Assembly: GCA_900770165.1 (NCBI GenBank)
Contig: CAAGJJ010000037.1
Location: 3,113 to 67,112 of the forward strand
Source of the DNA: Clostridia bacterium
GTDB lineage: Bacteria; Bacillota; Clostridia; Oscillospirales; Acutalibacteraceae
DNA length: 64,000 bases
Direction: 5' to 3'
Below, piece after piece: positions 1 through 10,033 of this stretch. The translations under genes were made by a program, and so were the position numbers. Within the stretch, counting starts at the first letter, position 1. Each line of letters begins with the position of its first letter. The notes under the pieces are model-generated. The model saw only the letters and a list, made by a program, of their open reading frames with translations. It had not been told where the DNA came from and did not search any database.

Positions 1-90
1 GACAAATAATACATAAAAATGTTTTTATGCTGGTAGAATAAAGCTTTTATATTTACTTGTATTGTGGTATAATATTCCTGCTAAAAATGC

Positions 91-2208
91 TTGAATAAAA
101 AAATGAAAGAGGTGTATTTTATGGATTTAATGCTATGGGCCCCTTTGGGTTCATTGCTAGCGCTAGTTTTTGCGGCTTACCTATCTTGGAAAGTCTTAAA
201 AGAAGATGAAGGAAAAGATGAGGTAAAAAGAATAGCACTTTCCATAAGAACTGGTGCAAGCGCGTATTTAAGTCGTCAGTACAAGGGAGTTTCAATATTT
301 TTTGCAGCGATGTTCGTTATTTTAGGAATTTTAGCTTTTGCAGGATTTGTTAATCCGTTTATTCCAGTAGCTTTTGTTACAGGTGGATTTTTCTCTGCTC
401 TGTCAGGATTTATTGGAATGAAAATTGCTACGCAAGCTAATTCAAGAACAGCAACAGCAACACAAAAGAGCCTTAATAGTGGTTTAAAAGTTGCTTTTTC
501 TGCTGGTGCAGTAATGGGATTTACAGTTGTTGGATTAGGTATGTTGGATATGTCTATATGGTATTATATTTTAAGATTTTTCTATAGAGGCCTATCCGTT
601 GAGCAACAAGCTCAAAGTATTTCATCAGCAATGCTTACTTTCGGTATGGGTGCCTCTGCTATGGCGCTTTTTGCTAGAGTAGGTGGAGGAATCTTTACAA
701 AGGCAGCAGACGTAGGTGCTGATTTGGTTGGAAAAGTGGAAAATTCTATTCCTGAAGATGATCCTAGAAACCCTGCCGTAATTGCTGACAATGTTGGCGA
801 TAACGTTGGCGATGTTGCTGGTATGGGTGCAGATTTATATGAATCTTATGTTGGTGCAAGAATATCTGCTTGTGCTTTAGCAGTGTCTGCAGGGTTTGGA
901 CTTAAAGGTATGGCTGTTCCAATGATATTAGCAACAATTGGAATTATAGCTTCTATTATTGGTACATTTTTTGTTAGAACAAAAGAAAATGCTTCCCAAA
1001 AAAGTTTACTTTCTGCATTGAGAAGAGGTACTTATATTAGTGGTATATTAGTTGCGATAGGTGCTTTCTTATTAATTTATTTTGTATTTGGAATGGATAA
1101 AATAGGATTCTTTTACGCAATTATTTCTGGTCTTTTAGCAGGAGTATTAATAGGTTATTTTACAGAGTATTTTACGTCTGATAATTACAAACCAACTCAA
1201 GATTTATCTAAAACTTCAGAAACAGGTCCAGCCACTATAATTATAGGAGGACTTTCTTTAGGAATGATTTCAACAGCTATTCCGGTAGTTATAATAGCTA
1301 TAGCAATTTTAGCAAGTTTCTATCTTTCTGGAGGTATGGCATCATTTAATTCTGGCTTATATGGAATAAGTCTTGCAGCTGTTGGAATGCTTTCTACTTT
1401 AGGAATTACTTTAGCTACAGATGCTTATGGTCCTGTTGCAGATAATGCAGGCGGTATTGCAGAAATGTCTGGTATGGGCGAAGAAGTAAGAAATAGAACA
1501 GATGCTTTGGATTCACTTGGTAATACAACTGCAGCAACAGGAAAAGGATTTGCTATTGGTTCTGCAGCTCTTACTGCCTTAGCATTAATTGCATCATACA
1601 TAGAGCAGATTAAGGTAATAAAACCAGGGTTTGTGTTTAATCTTGAAATAACTAGTCCACCAGTTCTTATTGGATTGTTTATTGGAGCTATGTTACCATT
1701 CATATTTGCAGCCTTAACTATGGATGCAGTTGGACGAGCTGCAACAAGTGTTGTTGTAGAAGTTAGACGCCAATTTAAAGAAATAAAAGGATTATTAACA
1801 GGCGATGCTCAACCAAACTATGCACGATGTGTAGATTTATGTACTAAATCTTCTTTGAAAGAAATGATTATGCCTTCTATTTTAGGTGTGATTTCTCCTA
1901 TTATTGTAGGTCTTATATTAGGCGTAAATGGTGTAGCAGGTTTATTAGCTGGAGCAACTGTATCAGGATTTGTTCTTGCAATTATGATGGCAAATGCTGG
2001 CGGTGCTTGGGATAATGCTAAAAAATATATAGAATCTGGCCATAATGGAGGAAAAGGTTCCGATTGTCACAAGGCAGCAGTTGTAGGTGATACAGTAGGA
2101 GATCCATTTAAAGATACTAGTGGACCAGCGATAAATATTTTAATTAAACTTTTATCAATAGTTTCAATAGTATTTGCTGCTATTATTTCAAATTATTCTT
2201 TATTTTAA
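91..2208 (+). CDS. hppA: Membrane-bound ion-translocating pyrophosphatase (V-type PPase)
   Basis: 705-aa polytopic membrane protein; the N-terminus and the conserved GDNVGD and DNAGG motifs are typical of H+/Na+-PPases. Confidence 0.9.
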   Translation: MNKKMKEVYFMDLMLWAPLGSLLALVFAAYLSWKVLKEDEGKDEVKRIALSIRTGASAYLSRQYKGVSIFFAAMFVILGILAFAGFVNPFIPVAFVTGGFFSALSGFIGMKIATQANSRTATATQKSLNSGLKVAFSAGAVMGFTVVGLGMLDMSIWYYILRFFYRGLSVEQQAQSISSAMLTFGMGASAMALFARVGGGIFTKAADVGADLVGKVENSIPEDDPRNPAVIADNVGDNVGDVAGMGADLYESYVGARISACALAVSAGFGLKGMAVPMILATIGIIASIIGTFFVRTKENASQKSLLSALRRGTYISGILVAIGAFLLIYFVFGMDKIGFFYAIISGLLAGVLIGYFTEYFTSDNYKPTQDLSKTSETGPATIIIGGLSLGMISTAIPVVIIAIAILASFYLSGGMASFNSGLYGISLAAVGMLSTLGITLATDAYGPVADNAGGIAEMSGMGEEVRNRTDALDSLGNTTAATGKGFAIGSAALTALALIASYIEQIKVIKPGFVFNLEITSPPVLIGLFIGAMLPFIFAALTMDAVGRAATSVVVEVRRQFKEIKGLLTGDAQPNYARCVDLCTKSSLKEMIMPSILGVISPIIVGLILGVNGVAGLLAGATVSGFVLAIMMANAGGAWDNAKKYIESGHNGGKGSDCHKAAVVGDTVGDPFKDTSGPAINILIKLLSIVSIVFAAIISNYSLF

Positions 2209-2227
2209 GAATTAAATTTATAAAAAA

Positions 2228-2270
2228 ACACAATCTACGTGGTTAAATAACGGTAGATTGTGTTTTTCTT
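2228..2270 (+). terminator. Intrinsic terminator of hppA
   Basis: Inverted repeat acacaatctacg...cgtagattgtgt followed by a T-run. Confidence 0.75.
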
Positions 2271-2308
2271 TATCAAAAATATATATTATAGGTATATAAG
2301 TAAAAAAA

Positions 2309-2341
2309 TAAGATCTCTGATTATTTCAGAGATCTTATTTT
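2309..2341 (+). terminator. Second hairpin with T-tract
   Basis: aagatctctga-ttatt-tcagagatctt followed by atttt. Confidence 0.6.
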
Positions 2342-2448
2342 AAAAGTATGTGAAGGCGATACTATTATAATAATCGCACGCTATGTATACATGAGATTAA
2401 AATTAACGAAGTTTAAGTCATCGAAATAAAATGAAGGTGTTGTTTATA

Positions 2449-3024
2449 GCATAAAGTTTATCACATAGTAAATAGATATGCAAAAAAAGGCTCAAATGAT
2501 AACACAGTTGATGGCTTTAATGAAAAAATCGAAAAAATAATTAAGATGTTCAGAGATGGAACATTCCAGCTGACACTTGTCTTACCGACAAACTCGTACA
2601 AGAAGTTTTTTGTATGATATTGGAATCGGTGTATGAACTAATATTTTTACCGCAATACTATGGTTTTAGACCAAATAGGAGTTGTCATACGGCTTTGAAA
2701 GATTTAAAACACTAGTTTTATGGTATACGGTGGTTTGTTGAAGGTGATATAAAAGCTTGTTTCGATAATATGGAATCACAAAGCTTTGGTAAACATTATC
2801 AACAATAAAGTTAAGGACGCTCGGTTAATACAACTAATTTATAAATTTCTAAAAGCAGGATATTTAAAAAACCGGCAATATCATAAAACATGCAGAGGTA
2901 CACCATAAGGTGATATAATATCACCATTACTCGCCAACATCTGTTTACATGAATCAGATAAATTCATAATGCAGTTGAAAACCGAATTTGATAAACTCAA
3001 AAAGAAACACTTTACCTATGTATA
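2449..3024 (+). pseudogene. Group II intron reverse transcriptase/maturase remnant, truncated at both ends and disrupted by stops and frameshifts
   Basis: Conceptual translation across three frames gives TVDGFNEKIEKIIKMFRDGTFQ, YGFRPNRSCHTALKDLK, RWFVEGDIKACFDNMES, LVNIINNKVKDARLIQLIYKFLKAGY and GTP*GDIISPLLANICLHESDKF, which correspond to group II RT motifs 0-5. There is no start codon, there are in-frame stops, and the YADD region is absent because the tRNA gene intervenes. Confidence 0.7.
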
Positions 3025-3099
<75 letters not shown>

Positions 3100-3216
3100 A
3101 TATAGGTAATTTTTAATAAAAAATAATCTATAAATATACATTTATATATAGCATATATATTGGTATTTGTCAATATTTATTGGTGTCGGTTTAACTAGTT
3201 GAAATGTTAGCTTGGG

Positions 3217-3245
3217 TTTACAAATTTAGTAATATAATGTATAAT
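3217..3245 (+). promoter_or_regulatory. Sigma-A type promoter of feoAB (tttaca-17-tataat)
   Basis: -35 tttaca at 3217-3222, a 17-nt spacer, and -10 tataat at 3240-3245, about 45 nt upstream of feoA. Confidence 0.55.
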
Positions 3246-3266
3246 GTTAACATAGACTAACATTAT
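3241..3266 (+). promoter_or_regulatory. Palindromic operator overlapping the feoA -10 element, a candidate binding site for a metal-dependent repressor
   Basis: Inverted repeat ATAATGTTAAC-atag-ACTAACATTAT, matching in 9 of 11 positions, overlapping the -10 box and the transcription start. Confidence 0.5.
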
Positions 3267-3290
3267 AATGTAATTATTTTTTGGAAGGAT

Positions 3291-3524
3291 ATGAAAAAGG
3301 TGAAAACAGTTAATGATTTAAAGATGAATGAGTCGGGAGTAGTTTTAAGAATAGGTGGATGCGGAGCACTTAGAAGAAGGATAATAGATATGGGCATTAC
3401 ACCAGGAGCAGTTATAATAATGCGAAAGGTTGCGCCTTTTGGAGATCCTATAGAAATAAACGTAAGAGGTTATGAACTTAGTATTAGAAAATCGGACGCA
3501 AAAGAAATAGTAATAAAAGATTAA
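3291..3524 (+). CDS. feoA: Ferrous iron transport protein A
   Basis: 77-aa FeoA/SH3-like domain directly upstream of feoB. Confidence 0.85.
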   Translation: MKKVKTVNDLKMNESGVVLRIGGCGALRRRIIDMGITPGAVIIMRKVAPFGDPIEINVRGYELSIRKSDAKEIVIKD

Positions 3525-3546
3525 TAATAAAAAGGAGGTGCATTTA

Positions 3547-5784
3547 ATGGCGAGTTTAATAAGAGATAGTATAAGAAATTTTTCAGCTGATAGTGTAACA
3601 AATAAGAAAACTATTAAGTTTGCATTGGCTGGAAACCCTAATTGTGGGAAAACCACGTTGTTTAATAAATTGACAGGAAGTAAACAGTATGTAGGAAATT
3701 GGCCTGGTGTAACTGTGGAAAAAAAGGAAGGTAGAGCTAAGTTTTATGGAAAAAATATTAGCATTTTAGACTTACCAGGGATATATTCATTATCTCCGTA
3801 TTCACCTGAAGAAGTAGTTACTAGAAATTGCATAATAGATGAGGATCTACAGCTGATTATTAATATTGTAGATGCAACAAACATAGAAAGAAATTTATAT
3901 CTTACAACGCAAATAGCAGAGCTTGGGAAGCCTATGGTAATTGCACTTAATATGATAGATCTACTTGAAAAAAGAGGAGATCGTATTGATTATAAAAGAT
4001 TAGAAAGAAAATTAGGAATTCCGGTTGTACCAATTTCTGCAGGTAAGGGTACTGGTATAGATGAATTAATGAAACTTGCTATTAGCTACGCAGAAAAGAA
4101 TCAAATTGTAAATATAAAAAATACATATTCTCCAGATGTTGATGAGGTATTATGCGAGATTGAGAAAGTTTTGGATTCTACAGGTAAAAGTACAAATGCT
4201 AACCAGAGATGGAATGCTGTTAAAGTTTTTGAAGGAGATAGAATAACATTAGAAAAATTTAAATTCACAGAAGCTCGATCTCAAAAAATAAATACTATAA
4301 AAAAGAAAATACCAACCACTAAATATTTAGATAGGGAAATGATAATTGCAGACCAAAGATATAAGTATATATGCAACATTTGCTCTTTAGTGGTGAAAAA
4401 AAGTTTTGGACAAGGACATTTGACAACATCCGATAAAGTAGATAAGATTATTACTAATAGGTTTTTGGCTATACCACTGTTTTTAAGTATGATGCTGCTA
4501 GTCTTCTTTATAACATTTGGACCTATTGGAAACTCTTTAAGGGATAGTGCAGAATTTTTAATAAAAGATGTTTTTGCAGGCATGATTAACAATATACTTA
4601 ATTCTGCAGGGGCTTCACAATGGACTGTAAGCCTAGTAATAGGTGGAATAATAGAAGGTGTTGGTTCTGTTATATCATTTTTCCCACAAATATTAATTTT
4701 GTTCACACTGTTATCAATATTGGAAGACAGTGGCTATATGGCAAGGGCTGCTTTTATAATGGACCAATTATTAAGAAAGATAGGTTTATCGGGTAGAGCA
4801 TTTGTTCCAATGCTAATGGGGTTTGGCTGTACGGTACCAGCAGTTTTAGGAACCAGGACTTTAGAGAGCGAGAAAGACAAAAGATTGACTATTTTAATTA
4901 CACCATTTATGTCTTGTAGCGCAAAGATGCCTGTGTATGCTCTGTTTATTTCAGCTTTTTTTGTTAGTAACCAGGCACTGATAATTTTTTCTATATATTT
5001 GTTAGGAATTATTATAGCAGTTTTATCAGCTTTGCTGTTTAAAAATACGTTATTAAAAGGGGAGCCTGCTCCATTTGTTATGGAACTCCCACCATATAGG
5101 CTACCAACGCCAAGAAGCTTGTGGATACATGTTTGGGAAAGACTTAAAGATTTTTTAACAAAAGCAGGAACTGTATTACTTGCAGCTACAATTGTTATTT
5201 GGTTTTTACAATCATTTGATTTTAAAATGAGAATGGTAGATGATAGTGCAAATAGTATGCTTGCAAGTATTGGAACATTTATAGCTCCAGCATTTACTTT
5301 GTGTGGCTTTGGAGATTGGAGAGCCTCTGTCTCACTAGTAACTGGACTTGTTGCAAAAGAGTCTGTTGTTAGTACAATGGCGATTTTATATAATTCTGGT
5401 GTAGATGCGAACTTGGCTTCAACTTTAGGACAAACGTTTACTCCATTAAGTGCATATTCGTTTATGGTTTTTGTTTTGCTGTATACTCCATGTGTTGCAG
5501 CTTTATCGGCAATACATAAAGAGATGGCCAGTTTAAAATGGACCTCTATAACAATATTGTATCAGCTAGCTGTTGCGTTTTTAGTATCGGCATTTGTATA
5601 TCAAACAGGTTCTTTTATGTCATACATTTTTTCCGGAGGCAGTGTTAAGATTATAGATGTAATTATAGCGATTTTATCTATCTCAATTGTTGCTTGTGTT
5701 ATTTGGATAGAGGTAGGAAAAAGGAAAGATAGTAAAAATATGTGCAGCTCTTGTTCAGGGTGTGCAAATAAATGTAATAGATGA
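3547..5784 (+). CDS. feoB: Ferrous iron transporter B; the tabulated GTG start at 3538 is probably replaced by the ATG at 3547
   Basis: N-terminal G-domain (GNPNCGKTTLFN), polytopic permease, Cys-rich C-tail CSSCSGCANKCNR; RBS aggagg 7 nt before the ATG at 3547. Confidence 0.9.
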   Translation: MASLIRDSIRNFSADSVTNKKTIKFALAGNPNCGKTTLFNKLTGSKQYVGNWPGVTVEKKEGRAKFYGKNISILDLPGIYSLSPYSPEEVVTRNCIIDEDLQLIINIVDATNIERNLYLTTQIAELGKPMVIALNMIDLLEKRGDRIDYKRLERKLGIPVVPISAGKGTGIDELMKLAISYAEKNQIVNIKNTYSPDVDEVLCEIEKVLDSTGKSTNANQRWNAVKVFEGDRITLEKFKFTEARSQKINTIKKKIPTTKYLDREMIIADQRYKYICNICSLVVKKSFGQGHLTTSDKVDKIITNRFLAIPLFLSMMLLVFFITFGPIGNSLRDSAEFLIKDVFAGMINNILNSAGASQWTVSLVIGGIIEGVGSVISFFPQILILFTLLSILEDSGYMARAAFIMDQLLRKIGLSGRAFVPMLMGFGCTVPAVLGTRTLESEKDKRLTILITPFMSCSAKMPVYALFISAFFVSNQALIIFSIYLLGIIIAVLSALLFKNTLLKGEPAPFVMELPPYRLPTPRSLWIHVWERLKDFLTKAGTVLLAATIVIWFLQSFDFKMRMVDDSANSMLASIGTFIAPAFTLCGFGDWRASVSLVTGLVAKESVVSTMAILYNSGVDANLASTLGQTFTPLSAYSFMVFVLLYTPCVAALSAIHKEMASLKWTSITILYQLAVAFLVSAFVYQTGSFMSYIFSGGSVKIIDVIIAILSISIVACVIWIEVGKRKDSKNMCSSCSGCANKCNR

Positions 5785-5809
5785 AGTATTTTAGGAGATA
5801 GGTTGTGAT

Positions 5810-6199
5810 TTGTTGGAAAATAAACTCACGGGTTCACTAGAAGACTATTTAGAGGCAATTTATATGCTTGAAAAAAGCAATGAAAGAGTAAGAATAACAG
5901 ATATAGCAGTTAAACTTAAGCTTTCAAAACCTAGTGCTAATAAAGCTATAAATTTACTAAAAAATTCAGAATTAGTGAATCATGAAAAGTATGGCAATAT
6001 AGTTCTTACTGAAAAAGGAAGAACTATAGCAAAAGAAATTTACTATATGCATGAAACATTGAAAAAATTTTTGATTAATGAATTAGAAATAGATCCAGAA
6101 GTTGCTGAGCATGAGGCATGTGGCATAGAGCATGTAATAAGTAAGGATTCTTTAAATAAACTTGTTATGTATTCTAAGCGAAAAAATAAAAGTAATTAG
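5810..6199 (+). CDS. DtxR/MntR-family metal-dependent transcriptional repressor
   Basis: N-terminal wHTH (LEDYLEAIYML...ITDIAVKLKLSKPSANKAINLL) and a metal-binding/dimerisation region; last gene of the feo operon. Confidence 0.8.
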   Translation: MLENKLTGSLEDYLEAIYMLEKSNERVRITDIAVKLKLSKPSANKAINLLKNSELVNHEKYGNIVLTEKGRTIAKEIYYMHETLKKFLINELEIDPEVAEHEACGIEHVISKDSLNKLVMYSKRKNKSN

Positions 6200-6220
6200 C
6201 GCTTATGCTATATTATTTGG

Positions 6221-6249
6221 TTGACATTTCTAATACATTGTTATATAAT
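6221..6249 (+). promoter_or_regulatory. Consensus sigma-A promoter (ttgaca-17-tataat) upstream of alaS
   Basis: Perfect -35 and -10 hexamers separated by 17 nt. Confidence 0.6.
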
Positions 6250-6314
6250 TTTTGTGTTAATGTAGACTTATTATTTGCATTTTATGTGCAAATAATTTGA
6301 AATTCGGTAAACTG

Positions 6315-6362
6315 TAGATTCTTCCGTCCGTCGTATGGACGACGGTAGAATCTTTATTTTTG
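6315..6362 (+). terminator. Intrinsic terminator-like hairpin in the alaS leader; also the candidate terminator of the feo operon
   Basis: Two-segment stem: agattct pairing with agaatct (written 5' to 3' on the same strand; that arm's reverse complement is agattct), and ccgtcgt pairing with acgacgg, followed by ttatttttg. The element ends about 22 nt before the alaS ATG. Confidence 0.6.
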
Positions 6363-6383
6363 TTTATAGATGGAAGTGTTTTT

Positions 6384-9020
6384 ATGGAATGGACAGGGCT
6401 AAATGAGTTAAGAGAAAAATATCTCAATTTTTTTGAATCTAAAGGCCATTTAAAACTAAAAAGTTTTTCGCTAATACCTAATAATGATAATAGTCTTTTA
6501 CTTATCAATTCTGGTATGGCACCTATGAAAAAATATTTTACTGGAGAAGTGGTTCCGCCGCAGAAAAGAGTTACTACTTGTCAAAAATGTATTAGAACAC
6601 CAGATATTGAAAGAGTAGGTATTACAGATAGACATGGCACTTTTTTTGAAATGCTTGGCAACTTTTCATTTGGTGATTACTTTAAAAAAGATGCTATAGC
6701 ATGGTGCTGGGAATTTTGTGTTGATGTTTTAAAAATGCCTATAGATAGATTATGGATTTCAATTTATGAAGATGACGATGAAACATTTGACATATGGACT
6801 AAAGATATAGGTGTAGATCCATCTCATATTGTTAGACTTGGTAAAGAAGATAATTTCTGGGAACATGGATCAGGACCGTGTGGACCTTGTTCGGAAATAT
6901 ACTTCGATAGAGGCAAGGAATATGGATGTTCTAATGAAAACTGTTCTGTTGGCTGTGAATGCGATAGATATATTGAATTTTGGAATCTAGTTTTTACTCA
7001 GTTTAGTAATGATGGAAATGGAAATTATACACCATTACAGCATCCTAATATAGATACAGGTATGGGACTAGAAAGACTTGCATGTATTATGCAGGGAGTA
7101 GATAATTTATTTTTGGTGGATACAGTAAAAGCTATTATAGATAAGGTCTGCAAAATTGCAGGTGTTAAATATGGTGAAAATAAAAAGCTGGATGTGTCTA
7201 TAAGAGTTATAACAGACCATATTAGAAGTACTACATTTATGATTGGCGATGGTATTATGCCATCGAATGAAGGAAGAGGTTATGTACTTAGACGTTTGTT
7301 AAGACGTGCAGCAAGACATGGAAAACTTTTAGGAATAAAAGGTACATTTTTAACAGATATTTGCGATACAGTCATAAAAGAAAATGAAAAATCTTACCCT
7401 GAGCTTACAGAAAAAAAAGAGATAATAAAAAAGGTAATTGGTGTTGAGGAAGAAGCCTTCTTTAAAACGCTAGATCAAGGTATGCAGATTTTGACGAATA
7501 TAATTGATAATGCAGATTTTGATGTACTTTCTGGTGAAGATGCATTTAAGCTAAATGATACATTCGGATTTCCTCTTGATTTAACAAAGGAAATAATAGC
7601 AGAAAAAGGCATGACCGTAGATGAAGAGAAATTTAAAATTTTGTTATCACAACAAAAAGAGAGAGCTAGGAATGCTAGAAAAAAGTCCGATACAGATGCT
7701 TGGATAAGTAACAATATAGATTTTAACAATATCTTACCCACTGAGTTTTATGGGTATAATGATTTATCTATTAATGCTGAAGTTAAAGCGATAGTTAAGA
7801 ATGGTAAAATAGTGGAATATGCTTCAGAAGGAGATAAAGTAATAGTTGTTCTCGATAAAACACCTTTTTATGCAGAAAGCGGAGGACAAGTAGGAGATAG
7901 TGGGGAAATAGAAAGCTCTAATGTCAATGTAAGTGTAATAGATACCATAAAAAATTCTTCTGAAATTTATATGCATAGCTGTATTGTGAATACAGGCATA
8001 ATATCTTGTGGAGATACAATAAGAGCAAATGTTGACATTTTAAAAAGGCAAGCTATTATGAGAAATCATACAGCAGCTCATATGCTCCAGGCAGCACTTA
8101 GAGAAGTTTTAGGTACACACGTAGAGCAAGCGGGACAATTAGTAAATGATAAGCATTTAAGATTTGACTTTACTCATTTTTCAGCTATGACAGCTGAGCA
8201 AATAGAAAAAGTTGAAAATATTGTTAACAGTGCTATATTGAGTTCTAAAAGTGTAGTTGTTAAAGAAATGCCAATAGTAGAAGCACAAAAGTTAGGGGCT
8301 ATGGCTCTTTTTGGTGAAAAATATGGTGATGTAGTTAGAGTTGTAAATATAAAGGACTTTTCAATTGAATTTTGTGCAGGTACACATGTTGATAATACTT
8401 CTAAACTTGGCTTGTTTAAAATAATATCAGAAGGCTCAGTGGCTTCTGGAATAAGGAGAATAGAGGCAGTAACTGGTGAGGGTGTACTTAATGTAGTTAA
8501 TTCTTCTTTAACAACAATACGTAATTGTGCAGAAATACTAAAAATAAAAAATCCTAATGATATTTTAAATAGATGTATATCTATTAATAATGAATTAAAA
8601 GAAAAAGATAAAAAAATAGAGGTTCTTACATCTAAACTTTCTTCTATGAAAGTAGATGGAATGTTAGAGGTTTCTAAAATAATAGAGGGAGTTAGGATTG
8701 TAACTGCAAATTTTCTAGATGAGGAAATGCATTCTGACGATTTGAGAAAATTATGCAATAAATTAAAAGACAAAGGACCTAAATGTGTTGCAGTTATAGT
8801 ATCTAAAAATAAAGGAAAGATTACATTTGCTGTTTCAGTTGGTAAAGAAGCAATTTTCAAGGGCTTAAATGCAGGCAAAATTATTAAAGAAGTTGCTGAA
8901 ATAGCAGGAGGAAAAGGCGGAGGTAAACCAGACTTTGCCATGGCTGGGGCTAAAGATGAGGCAAAAATATCTGAAGCTTTAGACTCTGTTCAAAATATAG
9001 TTCTTAATATGTTAAAATAA
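6384..9020 (+). CDS. alaS: Alanine--tRNA ligase; start taken at the internal Met MEWTGLNEL
   Basis: Class II aaRS motifs, the HxxxH editing motif (HTAAHMLQ), and the C-terminal DHHA1-like CAGTHV region. Confidence 0.92.
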   Translation: MEWTGLNELREKYLNFFESKGHLKLKSFSLIPNNDNSLLLINSGMAPMKKYFTGEVVPPQKRVTTCQKCIRTPDIERVGITDRHGTFFEMLGNFSFGDYFKKDAIAWCWEFCVDVLKMPIDRLWISIYEDDDETFDIWTKDIGVDPSHIVRLGKEDNFWEHGSGPCGPCSEIYFDRGKEYGCSNENCSVGCECDRYIEFWNLVFTQFSNDGNGNYTPLQHPNIDTGMGLERLACIMQGVDNLFLVDTVKAIIDKVCKIAGVKYGENKKLDVSIRVITDHIRSTTFMIGDGIMPSNEGRGYVLRRLLRRAARHGKLLGIKGTFLTDICDTVIKENEKSYPELTEKKEIIKKVIGVEEEAFFKTLDQGMQILTNIIDNADFDVLSGEDAFKLNDTFGFPLDLTKEIIAEKGMTVDEEKFKILLSQQKERARNARKKSDTDAWISNNIDFNNILPTEFYGYNDLSINAEVKAIVKNGKIVEYASEGDKVIVVLDKTPFYAESGGQVGDSGEIESSNVNVSVIDTIKNSSEIYMHSCIVNTGIISCGDTIRANVDILKRQAIMRNHTAAHMLQAALREVLGTHVEQAGQLVNDKHLRFDFTHFSAMTAEQIEKVENIVNSAILSSKSVVVKEMPIVEAQKLGAMALFGEKYGDVVRVVNIKDFSIEFCAGTHVDNTSKLGLFKIISEGSVASGIRRIEAVTGEGVLNVVNSSLTTIRNCAEILKIKNPNDILNRCISINNELKEKDKKIEVLTSKLSSMKVDGMLEVSKIIEGVRIVTANFLDEEMHSDDLRKLCNKLKDKGPKCVAVIVSKNKGKITFAVSVGKEAIFKGLNAGKIIKEVAEIAGGKGGGKPDFAMAGAKDEAKISEALDSVQNIVLNMLK

Positions 9021-9042
9021 CATTTAAAAACTGGAGGAAAAT

Positions 9043-9381
9043 ATGGATTGTATTTTTTGTAAGATTATTAACTCTCAAATACCTTGTAACAAAGTTTATG
9101 AGGATGATAAAGTGTTGGCATTTTATGATTTAGAGCCACAAGCGCCAAAACATGTTTTGGTAATTCCCAAAGAACATATATCTTCCTTAAATGATGTGAA
9201 TTCTGAAAATAGCTCCATAATTTCACATATTTTTGAAGTGATAAAAATAATTGCAGAAAAGTTGGAACTTTCAAATGGTTATAGGGTTGTAACGAACTGT
9301 GGTGAAGATGGAGGACAAACGGTTGGGCATATTCATTTTCATGTTTTAGGAGGAAGATCTATGGAGTGGCCTCCAGGTTGA
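9043..9381 (+). CDS. HIT-family (histidine triad) nucleotide hydrolase
   Basis: Histidine-triad motif HIHFHVLGG; 112 aa. Confidence 0.85.
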   Translation: MDCIFCKIINSQIPCNKVYEDDKVLAFYDLEPQAPKHVLVIPKEHISSLNDVNSENSSIISHIFEVIKIIAEKLELSNGYRVVTNCGEDGGQTVGHIHFHVLGGRSMEWPPG

Positions 9382-9414
9382 TAATTATATTTTATTTTTG
9401 TAAATAAAGCATAT

Positions 9415-9975
9415 GTGAAAGGTAGTGTTAAAAAAATGAGTGAGGTTTATAATATTAATGTTGCAGGATGTGAGAGGGATCTACCAATATGTAATGCAGG
9501 GGAACATTTAGATATAGCAGCATTTATTATGTTTGGCGATGTTGAGTTAACAGTTAAAGCTGCAGAGGCAATATTGAAAAAATGTCCTGAATATGATGTG
9601 CTTATTACAGCGGAAGCAAAGGGTATTCCGCTATGTTATGAAATGGCAAGGCAGTCAGGAAAGAAATATATAGTTGCAAGAAAAAGCGAAAAACTTTATA
9701 TGAGAAATCCTATTCATGTTGAAGTTAAATCTATAACTACAGTTAGGCTTCAAAATTTATATCTTTCTCAAGAGGATTATGAATATTTAAAAGATAAAAA
9801 GGTTTTAATTGTTGATGATGTAATAAGTACAGGTGAATCGCTTACAGCTATTGAAACATTGGTTAAAAAAGCCGGAGGTAATATTGTAGGTAAAACTTGT
9901 GTTTTAGCCGAAGGCGATGCTGCAAAGAGAGATGATATTATTTTCTTAGAACCTCTTCCTTTATTCAAAAAATAA
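9415..9975 (+). CDS. Type I phosphoribosyltransferase-family protein (xanthine/adenine PRT-like)
   Basis: PRPP-binding motif VLIVDDVISTGESL; domain order resembles Xpt. Confidence 0.6.
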   Translation: MKGSVKKMSEVYNINVAGCERDLPICNAGEHLDIAAFIMFGDVELTVKAAEAILKKCPEYDVLITAEAKGIPLCYEMARQSGKKYIVARKSEKLYMRNPIHVEVKSITTVRLQNLYLSQEDYEYLKDKKVLIVDDVISTGESLTAIETLVKKAGGNIVGKTCVLAEGDAAKRDDIIFLEPLPLFKK

Positions 9976-10033
9976 TATAAAAATATATCTTACTAAAATG
10001 ATGCTGTAATTTTGCAGGAAAAGGAGAATTTAT

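Noticed and set aside
1425-1703. 92-aa ORF antisense to hppA, together with similar antisense or internal ORFs at 3345-3656, 4281-4706, 7475-7741, 8174-8941, 9068-9274, 10774-11109, 16298-16666, 17078-17293, 17461-17727, 17902-18204, 18860-19108, 21117-21440, 23007-23237, 24917-25279, 25631-25837, 27624-28004 and others
   Set aside because: Each lies entirely inside a well-supported gene, on the opposite strand or in another frame. They have biased, low-complexity composition, no RBS and no recognisable domains. They are chance ORFs in AT-rich DNA.
3538-3546. GTG start for feoB (MHLMASL...) and the extended starts listed for hcp (25398), alaS (6360), lon (54346), ylmC (34531), engB (56914), clpP (52345), the M19 dipeptidase (47684) and the membrane protein at 36514
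   Set aside because: In each case an internal ATG or TTG is preceded by a far better Shine-Dalgarno sequence and matches the conserved N-terminus of the family. The upstream extensions look like read-through of the six-frame translation.
6250-6383. T-box riboswitch upstream of alaS
   Set aside because: The leader is only about 130 nt. It lacks the conserved T-box sequence (AATTAGGGTGGNACCGCG) and a specifier-loop architecture. Only a promoter and hairpins are supported.
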